DNA from: Candidatus Iainarchaeum sp.
GTDB lineage: Archaea; Iainarchaeota; Iainarchaeia; Iainarchaeales; 0-14-0-20-30-16
Assembly: GCA_028710695.1 (NCBI GenBank)
Contig: JAQTTP010000001.1
Span: 206,132-238,131, forward strand
Length of the DNA: 32,000 nucleotides
Reading direction: 5' to 3'
The translations under genes and the position numbers were made by a program. The first letter of the stretch is position 1. Every line of letters begins with the position of its first letter. The notes beneath the pieces were generated by a model. It worked only from the letters and a program-made list of their open reading frames with translations. It ran no database searches and was not told the DNA's origin. Shown here one piece after another: positions 8,359 through 17,512 of the stretch.

Positions 8359-8640
8359 ATGCAAATTCCAAAAGAAATTAAACTTTATTGTGAAAAGTGT
8401 AAAACACATAAACCACATACCCTGAAGCAGTTTAAGGCTGGCCAGAAGAGAACAATGGGAGAGCACACAAGAAAGCACGAGGCAAAGCACGTTGCAGGTT
8501 ATGGTGGAAAAGCAAGGCACACAATTCCTAAGAAAAAGCAGGGAAAAAGACCAACATACATGGGTACTTGTACTGTATGTGGAAGAAAGACATATTATAT
8601 TGCGGGTTGTAGAACAAAGAAACAGGCAGAGCTTATATAA
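8359..8640 (+). CDS. rpl44e: Ribosomal protein eL42 (L44e)
   Basis: MQIPKEIKLYCEKCKTHKPH...GYGGKARH...CTVCGRKTY has two CxxC zinc-ribbon pairs and the GYGG motif typical of L44e. GAAGGTGA SD 5-12 nt upstream of the ATG at 8359. The track start at TTG 8344 is less likely. Confidence 0.85.
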   Translation: MQIPKEIKLYCEKCKTHKPHTLKQFKAGQKRTMGEHTRKHEAKHVAGYGGKARHTIPKKKQGKRPTYMGTCTVCGRKTYYIAGCRTKKQAELI

Positions 8641-8662
8641 AGCTCCCTTTTTTTAAGGGCTG

Positions 8663-9784
8663 ATGCTAGTGAATTATGCAGAAGTGAGGGAAAAACATTT
8701 GCTTCCCTTTACTGCAAAATTAAAACAAGTTTATGCCAAACCCCAAAAAACAGTAATAATTGCCCATAATGACTCTGATGGGATTACTTCTGCAATCATA
8801 TTCTCAAAGATTCTTGACAGCTTTGGGCTTAAATATAAGAAAGACTATTCTGTTTATTTTGGTGATAATGAGCTTAGAAAAGCAGAGCTTCCTGAGACTC
8901 ATGAGTTAATAAAAGAAATAAAAAGCTCAGCAGTAGTGATTTATCTTGATTATAGAACCGTCCACGCCCAGAATACTGGAAAAAAAGTTTTTATAGTTGA
9001 TCATCATAATAAGTCTAATCTTACTGGTTATAAAGATGCCACTTGGTACTATCCCTTAAATGGAGAAATTTATAGGCCATCTGCTTCTGCATTTTGTTAT
9101 GATATCTACAAAGAACTTCTTGGACAAAACCACGATGTGAAGCTAATGGCGACTATTGGGGCAGTTGGAGACTCTATGTTGCCTAATTCTTTGGATTATT
9201 TGGATATAAAAGAATTGGAACAGCCATTCTTTGTTGGTCGCCAAATATCTTGGTACTTTTTTAATGCTCAACGAATCTTTTGTTTGGCTGGAGACAATAA
9301 ATCTTGTTTAGAAATTTATAATCTGTTGCTTGAAAAACTAGAAAATAAAACCCTTAATGATTTGACTGCCTTGCCAGAATCAATAGAATCAAGAATCTAC
9401 AAACAGCTAAGAAAAGATAACGATGTAGTTTCAAGATTTAAGGGGCGTTTAGAAACTTATGAAGATTTAAAAGTAATGTTTTTGGAAATGACTCCTGCAG
9501 AAGCAGGATCTAAAGATGCAATATTTGGATATGTTTGGTTATATTATCCTGGTTATTTGTGTGTTATTCATATAAATTTTAAAGGTATTGCAAGCCTATC
9601 TATGCGATCTAATACTTATGATATTCTTGATGTATTTGAAAAGGTTCAGAACAAACTTCCGGAATTAAACTTTGGAGGACATCCTTTTGCTGCGGGCGGA
9701 AAGATAGAAAACTCAAAAGTTCCTTTGCTAAAAGATTTAATAATTGCTGAGTTAAAGACTGGAAAAATCAAATCTATAAATTAA
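8663..9784 (+). CDS. DHH/DHHA1-family phosphoesterase (NrnA/RecJ-like)
   Basis: Motifs in order: IIAHNDSDGITSA (DxD), VIYLDY, FIVDHHNK (DHH), GGHPFAAGG (DHHA1 GGGH-type motif). Confidence 0.75.
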   Translation: MLVNYAEVREKHLLPFTAKLKQVYAKPQKTVIIAHNDSDGITSAIIFSKILDSFGLKYKKDYSVYFGDNELRKAELPETHELIKEIKSSAVVIYLDYRTVHAQNTGKKVFIVDHHNKSNLTGYKDATWYYPLNGEIYRPSASAFCYDIYKELLGQNHDVKLMATIGAVGDSMLPNSLDYLDIKELEQPFFVGRQISWYFFNAQRIFCLAGDNKSCLEIYNLLLEKLENKTLNDLTALPESIESRIYKQLRKDNDVVSRFKGRLETYEDLKVMFLEMTPAEAGSKDAIFGYVWLYYPGYLCVIHINFKGIASLSMRSNTYDILDVFEKVQNKLPELNFGGHPFAAGGKIENSKVPLLKDLIIAELKTGKIKSIN

Positions 9785-9801
9785 AGTGATTTGTGATTTT
9801 T

Positions 9802-10212
9802 ATGGCAGTAGAAATAAAAAAAGGAAGCATAGTGAAAATATCCTTTGAAGCTTATTGTGAAGGCAAGCTTTTTGACAAAAAAGACGAAAAAAAGCCTTTA
9901 GAATTTAAGTATGGTGTTGATAAAATAAATTCTTATTTTGAGAAATCTCTTGAAGGCAAGAAAAAAGGGGATTCTTATGAATTAAAGATAAAGGGTTTTG
10001 AAACTCCGGAGTTTTCTCTGCCAATAGAACTGCTTTTTGAAGAAATCCCTGAAGATCTTAAGAAAGGGAACTTGTTAGACATGGATTACGGCGGAAAGAC
10101 CAACACAGTAGAGATAGTGGATTTTGATGACTATGAAATTAGGTTGAAGCTTTACAATCCAATAGAAGGCAAGGACGTTTTGTTCAAAATAAGGGTTTTG
10201 GATATAATATAA
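9802..10212 (+). CDS. FKBP-type peptidyl-prolyl cis-trans isomerase (SlyD-like, short form)
   Basis: KKGSIVKISFEAYCEGKLFDKKDEKKPLEFKYGVDKINSYFEKSLEGKKKGDSYELKI follows the FKBP pattern (V-x-v-x-Y-x-g...G-x-v-F-D...p-l-x-F-x-x-G...i-p-g-f-e-x-a-L-x-G-m-x-x-G). ATG at 9802 preferred over GTG at 9793. Confidence 0.65.
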   Translation: MAVEIKKGSIVKISFEAYCEGKLFDKKDEKKPLEFKYGVDKINSYFEKSLEGKKKGDSYELKIKGFETPEFSLPIELLFEEIPEDLKKGNLLDMDYGGKTNTVEIVDFDDYEIRLKLYNPIEGKDVLFKIRVLDII

Positions 10213-10224
10213 ATTTATATATAT
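10211..10224 (+). promoter_or_regulatory. TATA-box-like element upstream of the giant secreted-protein gene
   Basis: AAATTTATATATAT is centred about 26 nt upstream of the ATG at 10243 and there is no SD in between. This geometry suggests a leaderless or near-leaderless archaeal transcript. Confidence 0.3.
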
Positions 10225-10242
10225 CTATACAATAAATCTAAT

Positions 10243-13200
10243 ATGGCCAAGTATTTGTATATTTTATTTTTTTGTATTCTTTTTGCAGGAATAGCTTTCT
10301 CTTTCCCTGCAGACTCAGATTTCTGCTTTTGTAAAGACAACAAGTTTGTTACTGGAGCGGATGCTCTAAAAGGAATCACCTGCCAAACAGAGAAGATGAT
10401 GTACACCTTCTTTGCAGAGACTTTATCCTGCTTTACAGGTGAGAAGCCAAAGAAACCAGGCCAAGAAGAGTTTCCTCTAAAAGATGAGTTCCCTTCTAAT
10501 GATATTGTTGATGTGCCCCCCTGTAAAAAAAATAATGATGGTATGAAAAAAGATGGGGATTGGAATGGTATTGATAATGTTGATTCTAATATAAACACAA
10601 AAACTAATGATGATACAAGAGTTTGTAAGATAGAGTATGATAAAGCAAAAATAATTTATGGAAAGAACGATAAGCACATAGAAATACGAGACCAAGACAA
10701 TGGCAAAACAAAGTTCTATGATGTAGATGGTATCCCCCAATCAATAGGGACTTGGGGCGATGACTACAAGCCATGTTTAGCTAAATGTAATGCATCAGTA
10801 CCTGGATTTAAAACAATAAACACAGATTTATTGCATTCAGCAAGCTGTCAAGATGCAAGTGGAAATCCAAAACAAGTTAGAATTGATGACCTAACTTATT
10901 TTTTCCCAGTTACTTCAGAATGTGACTCTTCTTATGGAAATAACTCGGGAGTACATTATGATAAAATATGTGTTTTTACTGGGGAAGATACAACAGACTA
11001 TGTTGGTAAACAATATTCTACTGCAGGAAATAGTTATTTGCTTTTTAGATACTCTGTTTGGGACCAGCTAAAACCATTAATACAATCACTTCAATGTAGT
11101 AGAGGTTGTACTCAAAAGTATTTAATACCTGATTCAAATTATCCAAATAATATAATGCAGAACCAATTGGATTGTACAGGTTCAAGTGCTTTAAATTCAA
11201 GTTCTGCAAACATGTTAAACTCATATAGTGGCCCTTTTGGAAATTTTGATACTTTGTCTGATAGTGGTGGATTAAACCCAGAGGCCTTTGTATTGTTACC
11301 GGACTATCCTTCCAATCCAAATATGAGGCCTTGTAAAATCGGGACTGGCTTAAAAACAAAGGAACTTTGTAAAAGCACTAGCTCTAATAATGTATATTGG
11401 AAGCTTGGAGATATTGGAATTTTCCCATATATAGATGGATCTGATAAACACAAGATAAAAGATAAAAATGGGAATCTGGTTGCAGATGAAGTTCCAAAGC
11501 AAACAATAATTAATGCAATTCCTGATATCCTTAATGGAAAGTCTTTAGATAGCATTTTTGGTGGTGTAGATGCTAGCAACGACGAATTTGAAGTATTGAA
11601 TGACACAAAATGTTCTGGGGTAAATGACTTAAAAGGTAAATCTTTTTATGAAATGTTAAAATGTACTGGCTCGACTTCTGGGTGGGGGCGGGTAGAAGAA
11701 CTAGACGATGTTAAAAAACTTACAACAACTGATGTAAGCAATGTTTGTTATAAATATATTTCAGATATTGATCCTAGGCCCGATGTAGCAAGTAATGTAG
11801 ATAAAATGATATTTATAAATCCATCTTTTGATATTGTGCAATATTGCCCTGAAACATCAGGCAATAATTGTATTAGTGAAGAACGCTGTTATCTTGTAAA
11901 GCCCTCAGGCTCAGGAACTGTGGCAGGTGGAGAAAGTTATGGTTCTTTTATATCTTTTAATGCACCCTATAGTAACGAAAACTTAATTGTAATAATAAAA
12001 GATCAAACTCCTCAGGAAGGAGACAAGTTATGTGATACTGATCTGGTGGTTGGAGACTTTTGTAAAACTGGAACAAGTAGAGGGAAAAAACTGGCATATG
12101 GTTCAGTTAAAGAGCATGATCCTTCAGTACCTAATTCAAAAGCAGGAGAATATACTATTAGACAAAAAGGAAACCCAATAGCAATAAATGTTTCTTATGC
12201 AACGATGATTAATAAACTTACCCCAAATGGAACTAATGATTTGGAAAACTTATTTTGTGGTCAGGATGGCCCAGGAAAAGATGCCTCAGGCATGTGTGAT
12301 TATTCTTACTCAGGTTCTGGAACAGCAGCAGGCGGAGATGAGTGGAAATCAGATCCACAATATGGTGATATTGTAAAATATGGCCTACACACAAAAGATG
12401 GTTATCCTGGAGAAACTTTTGTGATAGTAATTAATGGTGTTCCAGATGGTTTGCCAGAAATAGGTAAAGGAAAAACTAAGAACGGAGAATATAGTAGGGA
12501 AAAAAATTCAAAGACAGTTTATCTAAAAATTGCAGATAGGATAATAGCACCCAATGGTAAGGATACATATGAAATTTTTGATCCTAACGGCAACCTGACT
12601 GCAAAGAATGTTCCTAAGAAGACAATTTTAGATTTGATTCCAGATCTTGTTAGTGGAAAAGATCCTGCAGATGTTTTTTGTGATGCTGCACATCCTGCAG
12701 ATTCAACCACAGGGGTTTGTGATTATGGTGCTCCAGTAGTGGAACAACCAAGAGTAGCCCCTGGTTTGCAATCCCAGCCTTATAATCCAGATACTGATGA
12801 AGAAATGGGTGTGTGTAATCTTTGGAGTGGGGTTGATTCAGATATGCCTAAAGAAGGCCCCGGGTCCAAATTTTATGTTTGTGAAGACAAAATAAGGTCT
12901 AAAGAATTATTTTATGAGATCTCTGATTTGGATGTGTATGAAAAAATTGGGCCTATATCTGGAAGACAAGATATAGTAGAAAATGGTGGGCTTGTATATT
13001 TCAAAAAAACATTCCAAAAAAACGTGAATGCAGATCCATACCTTTATTGTGTTAACAAAACTTTAACAAATGGAGTTTGGTATTTGTATAAATATACTCC
13101 AGATTGTTCTAAGGCAAGTACATTGTCTACTTGTGCATCAGACCCTGCTTTGTGTTCTGCAGGGGATTCTGGCGTAGCGGAAGATAACTTTACAAAGGCA

Positions 13201-14127
13201 AGAAAGATGATATCTGATGCAGGATTTGATCCAGAAATATTGCCAAATAATTATACAAAAAAAGATACAGTTGTAATTGAGGGTAACACAATCCAAGCAA
13301 CTCTTACACAAACAGTGGCCTCACCTAATGGCAGAGGAACTCTAATTCTAGGAGATAATTCTGACAAAATTGTTTGTTATGCAGTAACCAAAGGCCCTGG
13401 AGATCCAAAAGGTACAATCAATCCTTGTCCTGTGAATGGGGATGTTATAAAAGGAATGAATGGAAAAGGGATGGGCGTTAAAGTTAAATTAAAAAAATTA
13501 GTGAAAAATGGGAATGGAAGTGTAGATTCTACGTATAAATTAGGAATTATTTCTAATACTGAGCATACAGAACTAAAAGACATAAAACCACTTAGCTTTG
13601 CCCCCTGTAATGATTCTTGTACGGCAGATCCTGCTGATACAAGTGGAGATGTAGCTGAAAGTACAGTCCAACCATTAGCACCTTATAATGCTGCTTTGGG
13701 CGGATTACAGTGGGATACAGTTGTTTCTGGAAATGATACAGAAGATTATTTTGCAGTGACATATTTAGTGTATTGTGATTCTAAAACACAATATACCCTT
13801 GGCGGAGGGACAATGACTCAAAATGTTGCTTGTAGAATAGGCACTGGAAAGAAAGGGTCTGTAGTTAATATAACTGAAACCAAAAATTTTACTTGTAATG
13901 GTGATGCCTATGGTACCATTGGAATTTATGATGGAACCAATTATGCAATAAATGATTTTGTATGTAATTGTGGTGCTGGGCTTTGTTATCCAAACTTGTC
14001 TGTGAACTCACAAGGGTCTAAACAAATTATGCCTCCTAACAAAACTACCTTAACTAACTTAGGTTACAATATGTCTGGTATGATTGCGAATAGTGCTTTG
14101 TCTATAGCAATTACAAAAACGTCATAA
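10243..14127 (+). CDS. Giant secreted Cys-rich surface protein with internal repeats (putative S-layer/adhesin-like)
   Basis: 1294-aa ORF. N-terminal signal-like MAKYLYILFFCILFAGIAFSFPADS. Many Cys, N-x-S/T sequons and G/D/N/T-rich composition. Internal repeats VYWKLGD...KDKNGNLVADEVPKQTIINAIPDILNGKSLDSIFGG vs VYLKIAD...FDPNGNLTAKNVPKKTILDLIPDLVSGKDPADVFCD, and SGSGTVAGGESYG vs SGSGTAAGGDEWK. Confidence 0.75.
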   Translation: MAKYLYILFFCILFAGIAFSFPADSDFCFCKDNKFVTGADALKGITCQTEKMMYTFFAETLSCFTGEKPKKPGQEEFPLKDEFPSNDIVDVPPCKKNNDGMKKDGDWNGIDNVDSNINTKTNDDTRVCKIEYDKAKIIYGKNDKHIEIRDQDNGKTKFYDVDGIPQSIGTWGDDYKPCLAKCNASVPGFKTINTDLLHSASCQDASGNPKQVRIDDLTYFFPVTSECDSSYGNNSGVHYDKICVFTGEDTTDYVGKQYSTAGNSYLLFRYSVWDQLKPLIQSLQCSRGCTQKYLIPDSNYPNNIMQNQLDCTGSSALNSSSANMLNSYSGPFGNFDTLSDSGGLNPEAFVLLPDYPSNPNMRPCKIGTGLKTKELCKSTSSNNVYWKLGDIGIFPYIDGSDKHKIKDKNGNLVADEVPKQTIINAIPDILNGKSLDSIFGGVDASNDEFEVLNDTKCSGVNDLKGKSFYEMLKCTGSTSGWGRVEELDDVKKLTTTDVSNVCYKYISDIDPRPDVASNVDKMIFINPSFDIVQYCPETSGNNCISEERCYLVKPSGSGTVAGGESYGSFISFNAPYSNENLIVIIKDQTPQEGDKLCDTDLVVGDFCKTGTSRGKKLAYGSVKEHDPSVPNSKAGEYTIRQKGNPIAINVSYATMINKLTPNGTNDLENLFCGQDGPGKDASGMCDYSYSGSGTAAGGDEWKSDPQYGDIVKYGLHTKDGYPGETFVIVINGVPDGLPEIGKGKTKNGEYSREKNSKTVYLKIADRIIAPNGKDTYEIFDPNGNLTAKNVPKKTILDLIPDLVSGKDPADVFCDAAHPADSTTGVCDYGAPVVEQPRVAPGLQSQPYNPDTDEEMGVCNLWSGVDSDMPKEGPGSKFYVCEDKIRSKELFYEISDLDVYEKIGPISGRQDIVENGGLVYFKKTFQKNVNADPYLYCVNKTLTNGVWYLYKYTPDCSKASTLSTCASDPALCSAGDSGVAEDNFTKARKMISDAGFDPEILPNNYTKKDTVVIEGNTIQATLTQTVASPNGRGTLILGDNSDKIVCYAVTKGPGDPKGTINPCPVNGDVIKGMNGKGMGVKVKLKKLVKNGNGSVDSTYKLGIISNTEHTELKDIKPLSFAPCNDSCTADPADTSGDVAESTVQPLAPYNAALGGLQWDTVVSGNDTEDYFAVTYLVYCDSKTQYTLGGGTMTQNVACRIGTGKKGSVVNITETKNFTCNGDAYGTIGIYDGTNYAINDFVCNCGAGLCYPNLSVNSQGSKQIMPPNKTTLTNLGYNMSGMIANSALSIAITKTS

Positions 14128-14135
14128 ATATTTTA

Positions 14136-14188
14136 TTTATGATGTCCTAAAGCAATTTTTGTAAAAAATTGTTTTTTGGCGTCATAAA
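14136..14188. terminator. Nested imperfect palindrome between the giant gene and the kinase gene (possible terminator or regulatory structure)
   Basis: TTTATGATG (14136-14144) pairs with CGTCATAAA (14180-14188) with one G:U. It encloses CAATTTTT-GT-AAAAAATTG (14153-14171). A direct copy of CGTCATAAA spans the stop codon at 14120-14128. T-runs follow. Confidence 0.3.
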
Positions 14189-14219
14189 CCTTTAACAACC
14201 TTTTCCCTTTTTTTATATT

Positions 14220-14882
14220 ATGAATAAAAAATTCCACGAGGAAATGTTTGAACAGGAATTTAATTCTAATTCTTATTTGCAAAAATATCTGAAGAAAAAA
14301 GGCCTGGAGTTTGTAAAGCTTCTGGGCGAAGGAAGAAGTGCATGGATTATTGTTGTAAGTCACACAGCACATAAGAAGAACACGAAACCACAATTGCCTA
14401 CTCGCCTTCTTACAATTAAATTGGAGAAGAAAAGAAGTACAAGATCTGAAATGGTAGAAAAGGAAACAAAATATATGAACCTTGCAAACAAATCAAAAAT
14501 TGGTCCGAAGTTTGTTGATTCTAATATTAATGGCAGGTTTATTGTTTATGAATACTTTGATGCTATTTCGCTAATAAATTATTTAGATGAATTTGATAAA
14601 AAAGAATTTGTGGTTTTTTTGAAAGCTTTGTTTGCACAAGGGAAAAAATTAGATAAAATTGGATTGGATCATGGCCAGCTTGTAGGAAAAGGGACTAATA
14701 TTATGGTTCTAAAAAGTGGAAAACCAATAATTGTGGATTTTGAAAAATCATCTAATAATAGAAAAACACATAATGTAAATGTTTTAATTTCATATTTTTT
14801 CTCAGAAAAATCACAGGTGGCAGATAAAGTAGAAAAAATTTTAGGAAAAGATTTTGAAAAAATAAAAAAAGAATTTTTATAA
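14220..14882 (+). CDS. Small RIO/Bud32-like protein kinase-fold protein (archaeal predicted Ser/Thr kinase type)
   Basis: G-loop-like LLGEGRSAWI, VAIK-like LLTIKLEKK, catalytic-loop-like GLDHGQLVGKGTNIMV, DFG-like IVDFEKSS. 220 aa. Confidence 0.55.
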   Translation: MNKKFHEEMFEQEFNSNSYLQKYLKKKGLEFVKLLGEGRSAWIIVVSHTAHKKNTKPQLPTRLLTIKLEKKRSTRSEMVEKETKYMNLANKSKIGPKFVDSNINGRFIVYEYFDAISLINYLDEFDKKEFVVFLKALFAQGKKLDKIGLDHGQLVGKGTNIMVLKSGKPIIVDFEKSSNNRKTHNVNVLISYFFSEKSQVADKVEKILGKDFEKIKKEFL

Positions 14883-15374
14883 CTCTTTTCTTGCAACTTC
14901 TTGGAATACAACTTCTAGATCGTCGCCAACAATCCCAAGTAGAAGGCTTGTTTTTAATCCAAGAGACATTCTTACTGCTCTAGTTAGTTCTGTAGAATTT
15001 ATTTTCTGCTTTTCTTTTATTACCCACACAACGTATTTTGAGTGGCTCTTGTCGGGACTTTTTCCTTTTGGGTAAACTCTGAAATCAAACCCGAATTTTA
15101 GACCTGTTTTTACAATATAACCAAGAGATCTTAGATTTTTAAATACTGCAAAATTATCTAAAATTTCTTTTTTTGATTTTTTTACTATGCTTTCAAAAGT
15201 CTCTTTTTTTGATAGTTTTAGAGTTCCGCGTTCTAAAAAATAAAGGGTTTCATAAATATCTAAAAAGAATGAGTTTCCTACTTTTTCTCCGTAAAACTTG
15301 CTAATAAGCCAAGATTTAGAATCATTCTCGGTTACAAGGGTTTTATTATTTACAAAAGTTCCTTTTAAATCCAT
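14877..15374 (-). CDS. endA: tRNA-splicing endonuclease, short (homotetramer-type) subunit
   Basis: FKNLRSLGYIVKTGLKFGFDFRVYPKG...HSKYVVWV is the catalytic Y...H...K-region signature of EndA. Start moved to the ATG at 15374 (MDLKGTF...), because the track start at 15455 overlaps the upstream gene by 47 nt. About 165 aa. Confidence 0.85.
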   Translation of the reverse strand: MDLKGTFVNNKTLVTENDSKSWLISKFYGEKVGNSFFLDIYETLYFLERGTLKLSKKETFESIVKKSKKEILDNFAVFKNLRSLGYIVKTGLKFGFDFRVYPKGKSPDKSHSKYVVWVIKEKQKINSTELTRAVRMSLGLKTSLLLGIVGDDLEVVFQEVARKEL

Positions 15375-15408
15375 ATATAATACGGAACTAGTATAATTAA
15401 ATAGTTTT

Positions 15409-16152
15409 TTATTGTCTTGGCCTTGAACCTGGCGCAAGCCGTCCTTCTCCAGCAAGGTTAACTCCAGTTATTTTAAAAACATACATTTGTGCAATGTTTT
15501 TGGACATTCTTTTATTCATAAGGTTTAATTCAAGTTCCTTTGCAAAAAAATATCTGTGTGCATGTAAAGATTTTTGAAAAGCAGTAGGATTTCTTAGTCC
15601 AACATAGAACTCTCCCACATTTTCAGCAATAATTTTTGCAAATGAGTTCATTCGTGAGCTACTAAAAAGTTTAAAAAAATCCGGCTCTGCTTTTGATAAA
15701 CATATTGCTAAGCCCTTTATAAATTGAGGAGACTCGAAGACTGGATTTGAGAAATTTGCATTATATAACCAATCTTTTAATAGGCCTGGGCTTACTGACT
15801 CAGCTTCTCCTTTAACAATGCTATCAATCATTTTTTGGTGTTCTTTTCTGAGAGATTCAAGATCAAAAATTACTTTGTCTGATGTCCTTCGTTCATCTAG
15901 GGCGGGCGGAAACCTTGATATAACAGACCCATCATATTGTCCTCTGTCATTGTAAACATCCTGTATATGTTCAACACCGTCAGATGTGTGCAATCGTGTT
16001 CGTCTTTCTAGAATTTGTCTGCCAAGTTCAATTATAATTCTTCTTTTTTCTAATCTGCCATCTGCAGAAAAATGATCAGTTAGGGTGCCTCTATAACCGC
16101 CTTCACGATTGTGCACCAATCTTTCTACAAATGGTTCTCTTACTTTTGGCAT
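15409..16152 (-). CDS. Hypothetical Arg-rich protein lying between truD and endA
   Basis: 247-aa ORF, same strand, with short gaps to truD (30 nt) and endA (34 nt). I recognise no catalytic motif. N-terminus MPKVREPFVERLVHNRE weakly resembles the N-termini of the 28.5-30.9 kb operon proteins. Confidence 0.55.
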   Translation of the reverse strand: MPKVREPFVERLVHNREGGYRGTLTDHFSADGRLEKRRIIIELGRQILERRTRLHTSDGVEHIQDVYNDRGQYDGSVISRFPPALDERRTSDKVIFDLESLRKEHQKMIDSIVKGEAESVSPGLLKDWLYNANFSNPVFESPQFIKGLAICLSKAEPDFFKLFSSSRMNSFAKIIAENVGEFYVGLRNPTAFQKSLHAHRYFFAKELELNLMNKRMSKNIAQMYVFKITGVNLAGEGRLAPGSRPRQ

Positions 16153-16182
16153 AATATATCTTGGTTTGCTCTGTTTTTAAAG

Positions 16183-17403
16183 TTATTGTAAATAGCCAAT
16201 TATAAATTCAGTTACCGTGGTTGCATAATTTCCTTTGTCTAGGATAAAAGAGATCTTGAGGGCTAAGCAGTTTTCATTGAACTCGTCTGGGCAAATATCT
16301 AAGACTTTGAAATCTCCAATTTCTAGTTTGATTTTTCTTCTATCGCCCTCTACAGACATCATTGGGAAATTTGCTATTTTAAAAGTAGGTAAAGAAAAAT
16401 TCTCTTGGTCTAATATGCTTTGTTCTAGCTTGCCTACTTCCTCTTTTGCTAATTCTGTGCTATGGCCGTAAATTGGCCCAAGAACAAAACCTTGTTCATC
16501 AAGAATGTCGCCATCTTGTTTTTCAAGTGGATTTTCGAATTCTTTGACTCTTTTTTCTAAATAAAGATTGAATAAATAAGATTGGTATGCGTGCACAAAT
16601 AAGTATGCAAGAGTTTTTGGAATTTGGTTCCAAGCATTATTGTAATCATTTGGATTTTTTATTAAAGCATTTAGAATTGCCTTTTCATATTTGTTTTCTT
16701 TTGGGAATGTTCTAATTGCATCTTTAAGATTTCCTTGCTTTACTAATTCCCTTGCTTTTACTGTATTTTCCGGTTCAGTTCCTGAAATTCCAGTTAAAAA
16801 TAATTCTACTGCTTCTTTCGTTTTTCCCTCAAAAAATAGTTTGCCAATTAGGTGGTTTGAATTTCTTATTGAACCAAACCTTTGCTCCCCAAAAGCATTT
16901 GGGATTCCGTTTTTAATATCTTTTTGTATTTGTTTAATTATTTTTTCTAAGTCTTTGTTTTTGTCTATTCCACGAATTATTATTTCAAAATAATTTTTGT
17001 CTAAATCCCCTAATTCAAGTTTTTTATCTGACCATTCAAAAGAATGTAATAATACATTTCGGTCTCGGAATTGTTTTAATCTGTCTAAATCTGGATCATA
17101 AATTGTTATGAATTGGGCGGTAACCGCTCTTTTGTCTTTTGTTCCTGCAAAACCAAGACGTTTAATACTAAAGCCTTGTTTGTTAGCAATGGACTTCAAA
17201 GCAAATTGCATTTCTGTAATTCTTTTTTGCATTACGCATTTTAGCTGCTCCTTGCGTTCTCCCTGTAAAGCATCTAACTCAACCCCTATTTTTTGCCCAT
17301 AATCATCAAGGCTTGTTGAAAACTCTTTAATCTCTGCTTTTATGCCATTAGAAATCTCTTGGACTTTAAAATCTTCGTATCTTTGTTTTATTCTGGGTTC
17401 CAT
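16183..17403 (-). CDS. truD: tRNA pseudouridine synthase TruD/Pus7 family
   Basis: N-terminal EDFKVQEI, catalytic-Asp motif GFAGTKDKRAVTAQ (GxKDxxAxTxQ), AFGEQRFG, and C-terminal GNYATTV. 406 aa, typical of archaeal TruD. Confidence 0.85.
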   Translation of the reverse strand: MEPRIKQRYEDFKVQEISNGIKAEIKEFSTSLDDYGQKIGVELDALQGERKEQLKCVMQKRITEMQFALKSIANKQGFSIKRLGFAGTKDKRAVTAQFITIYDPDLDRLKQFRDRNVLLHSFEWSDKKLELGDLDKNYFEIIIRGIDKNKDLEKIIKQIQKDIKNGIPNAFGEQRFGSIRNSNHLIGKLFFEGKTKEAVELFLTGISGTEPENTVKARELVKQGNLKDAIRTFPKENKYEKAILNALIKNPNDYNNAWNQIPKTLAYLFVHAYQSYLFNLYLEKRVKEFENPLEKQDGDILDEQGFVLGPIYGHSTELAKEEVGKLEQSILDQENFSLPTFKIANFPMMSVEGDRRKIKLEIGDFKVLDICPDEFNENCLALKISFILDKGNYATTVTEFIIGYLQ

Positions 17404-17512
17404 AGTATTGTTCTTACCCCAAATGCTTTATATTCTATATGCTAATGGGCTGGAGTCTGCCTACTAATACTAAAGATTGCTTTTTATATCTTATAGCTGT
17501 TATTTTTACATT

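Noticed and set aside
10215-13583. Minus-strand ORFs inside the giant surface-protein gene (10215-10598, 10477-10740, 11045-11359, 11304-11606, 12519-12710, 13377-13583)
   Set aside because: Each is fully nested in a single uninterrupted 3.9-kb + strand ORF that has a signal peptide and internal protein repeats. None has independent support.
14133-14393. Minus-strand ORF 14133-14393
   Set aside because: It overlaps the kinase gene start and the intergenic palindrome. The sequence is low-complexity and has no signals.
15375-15455. The N-terminal 27-codon extension of the endA ORF given in the ORF track (start 15455)
   Set aside because: It overlaps the upstream gene by 47 nt and encodes a non-conserved leader. 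The internal ATG at 15374 gives a protein of canonical short-EndA size that starts just after the upstream stop.
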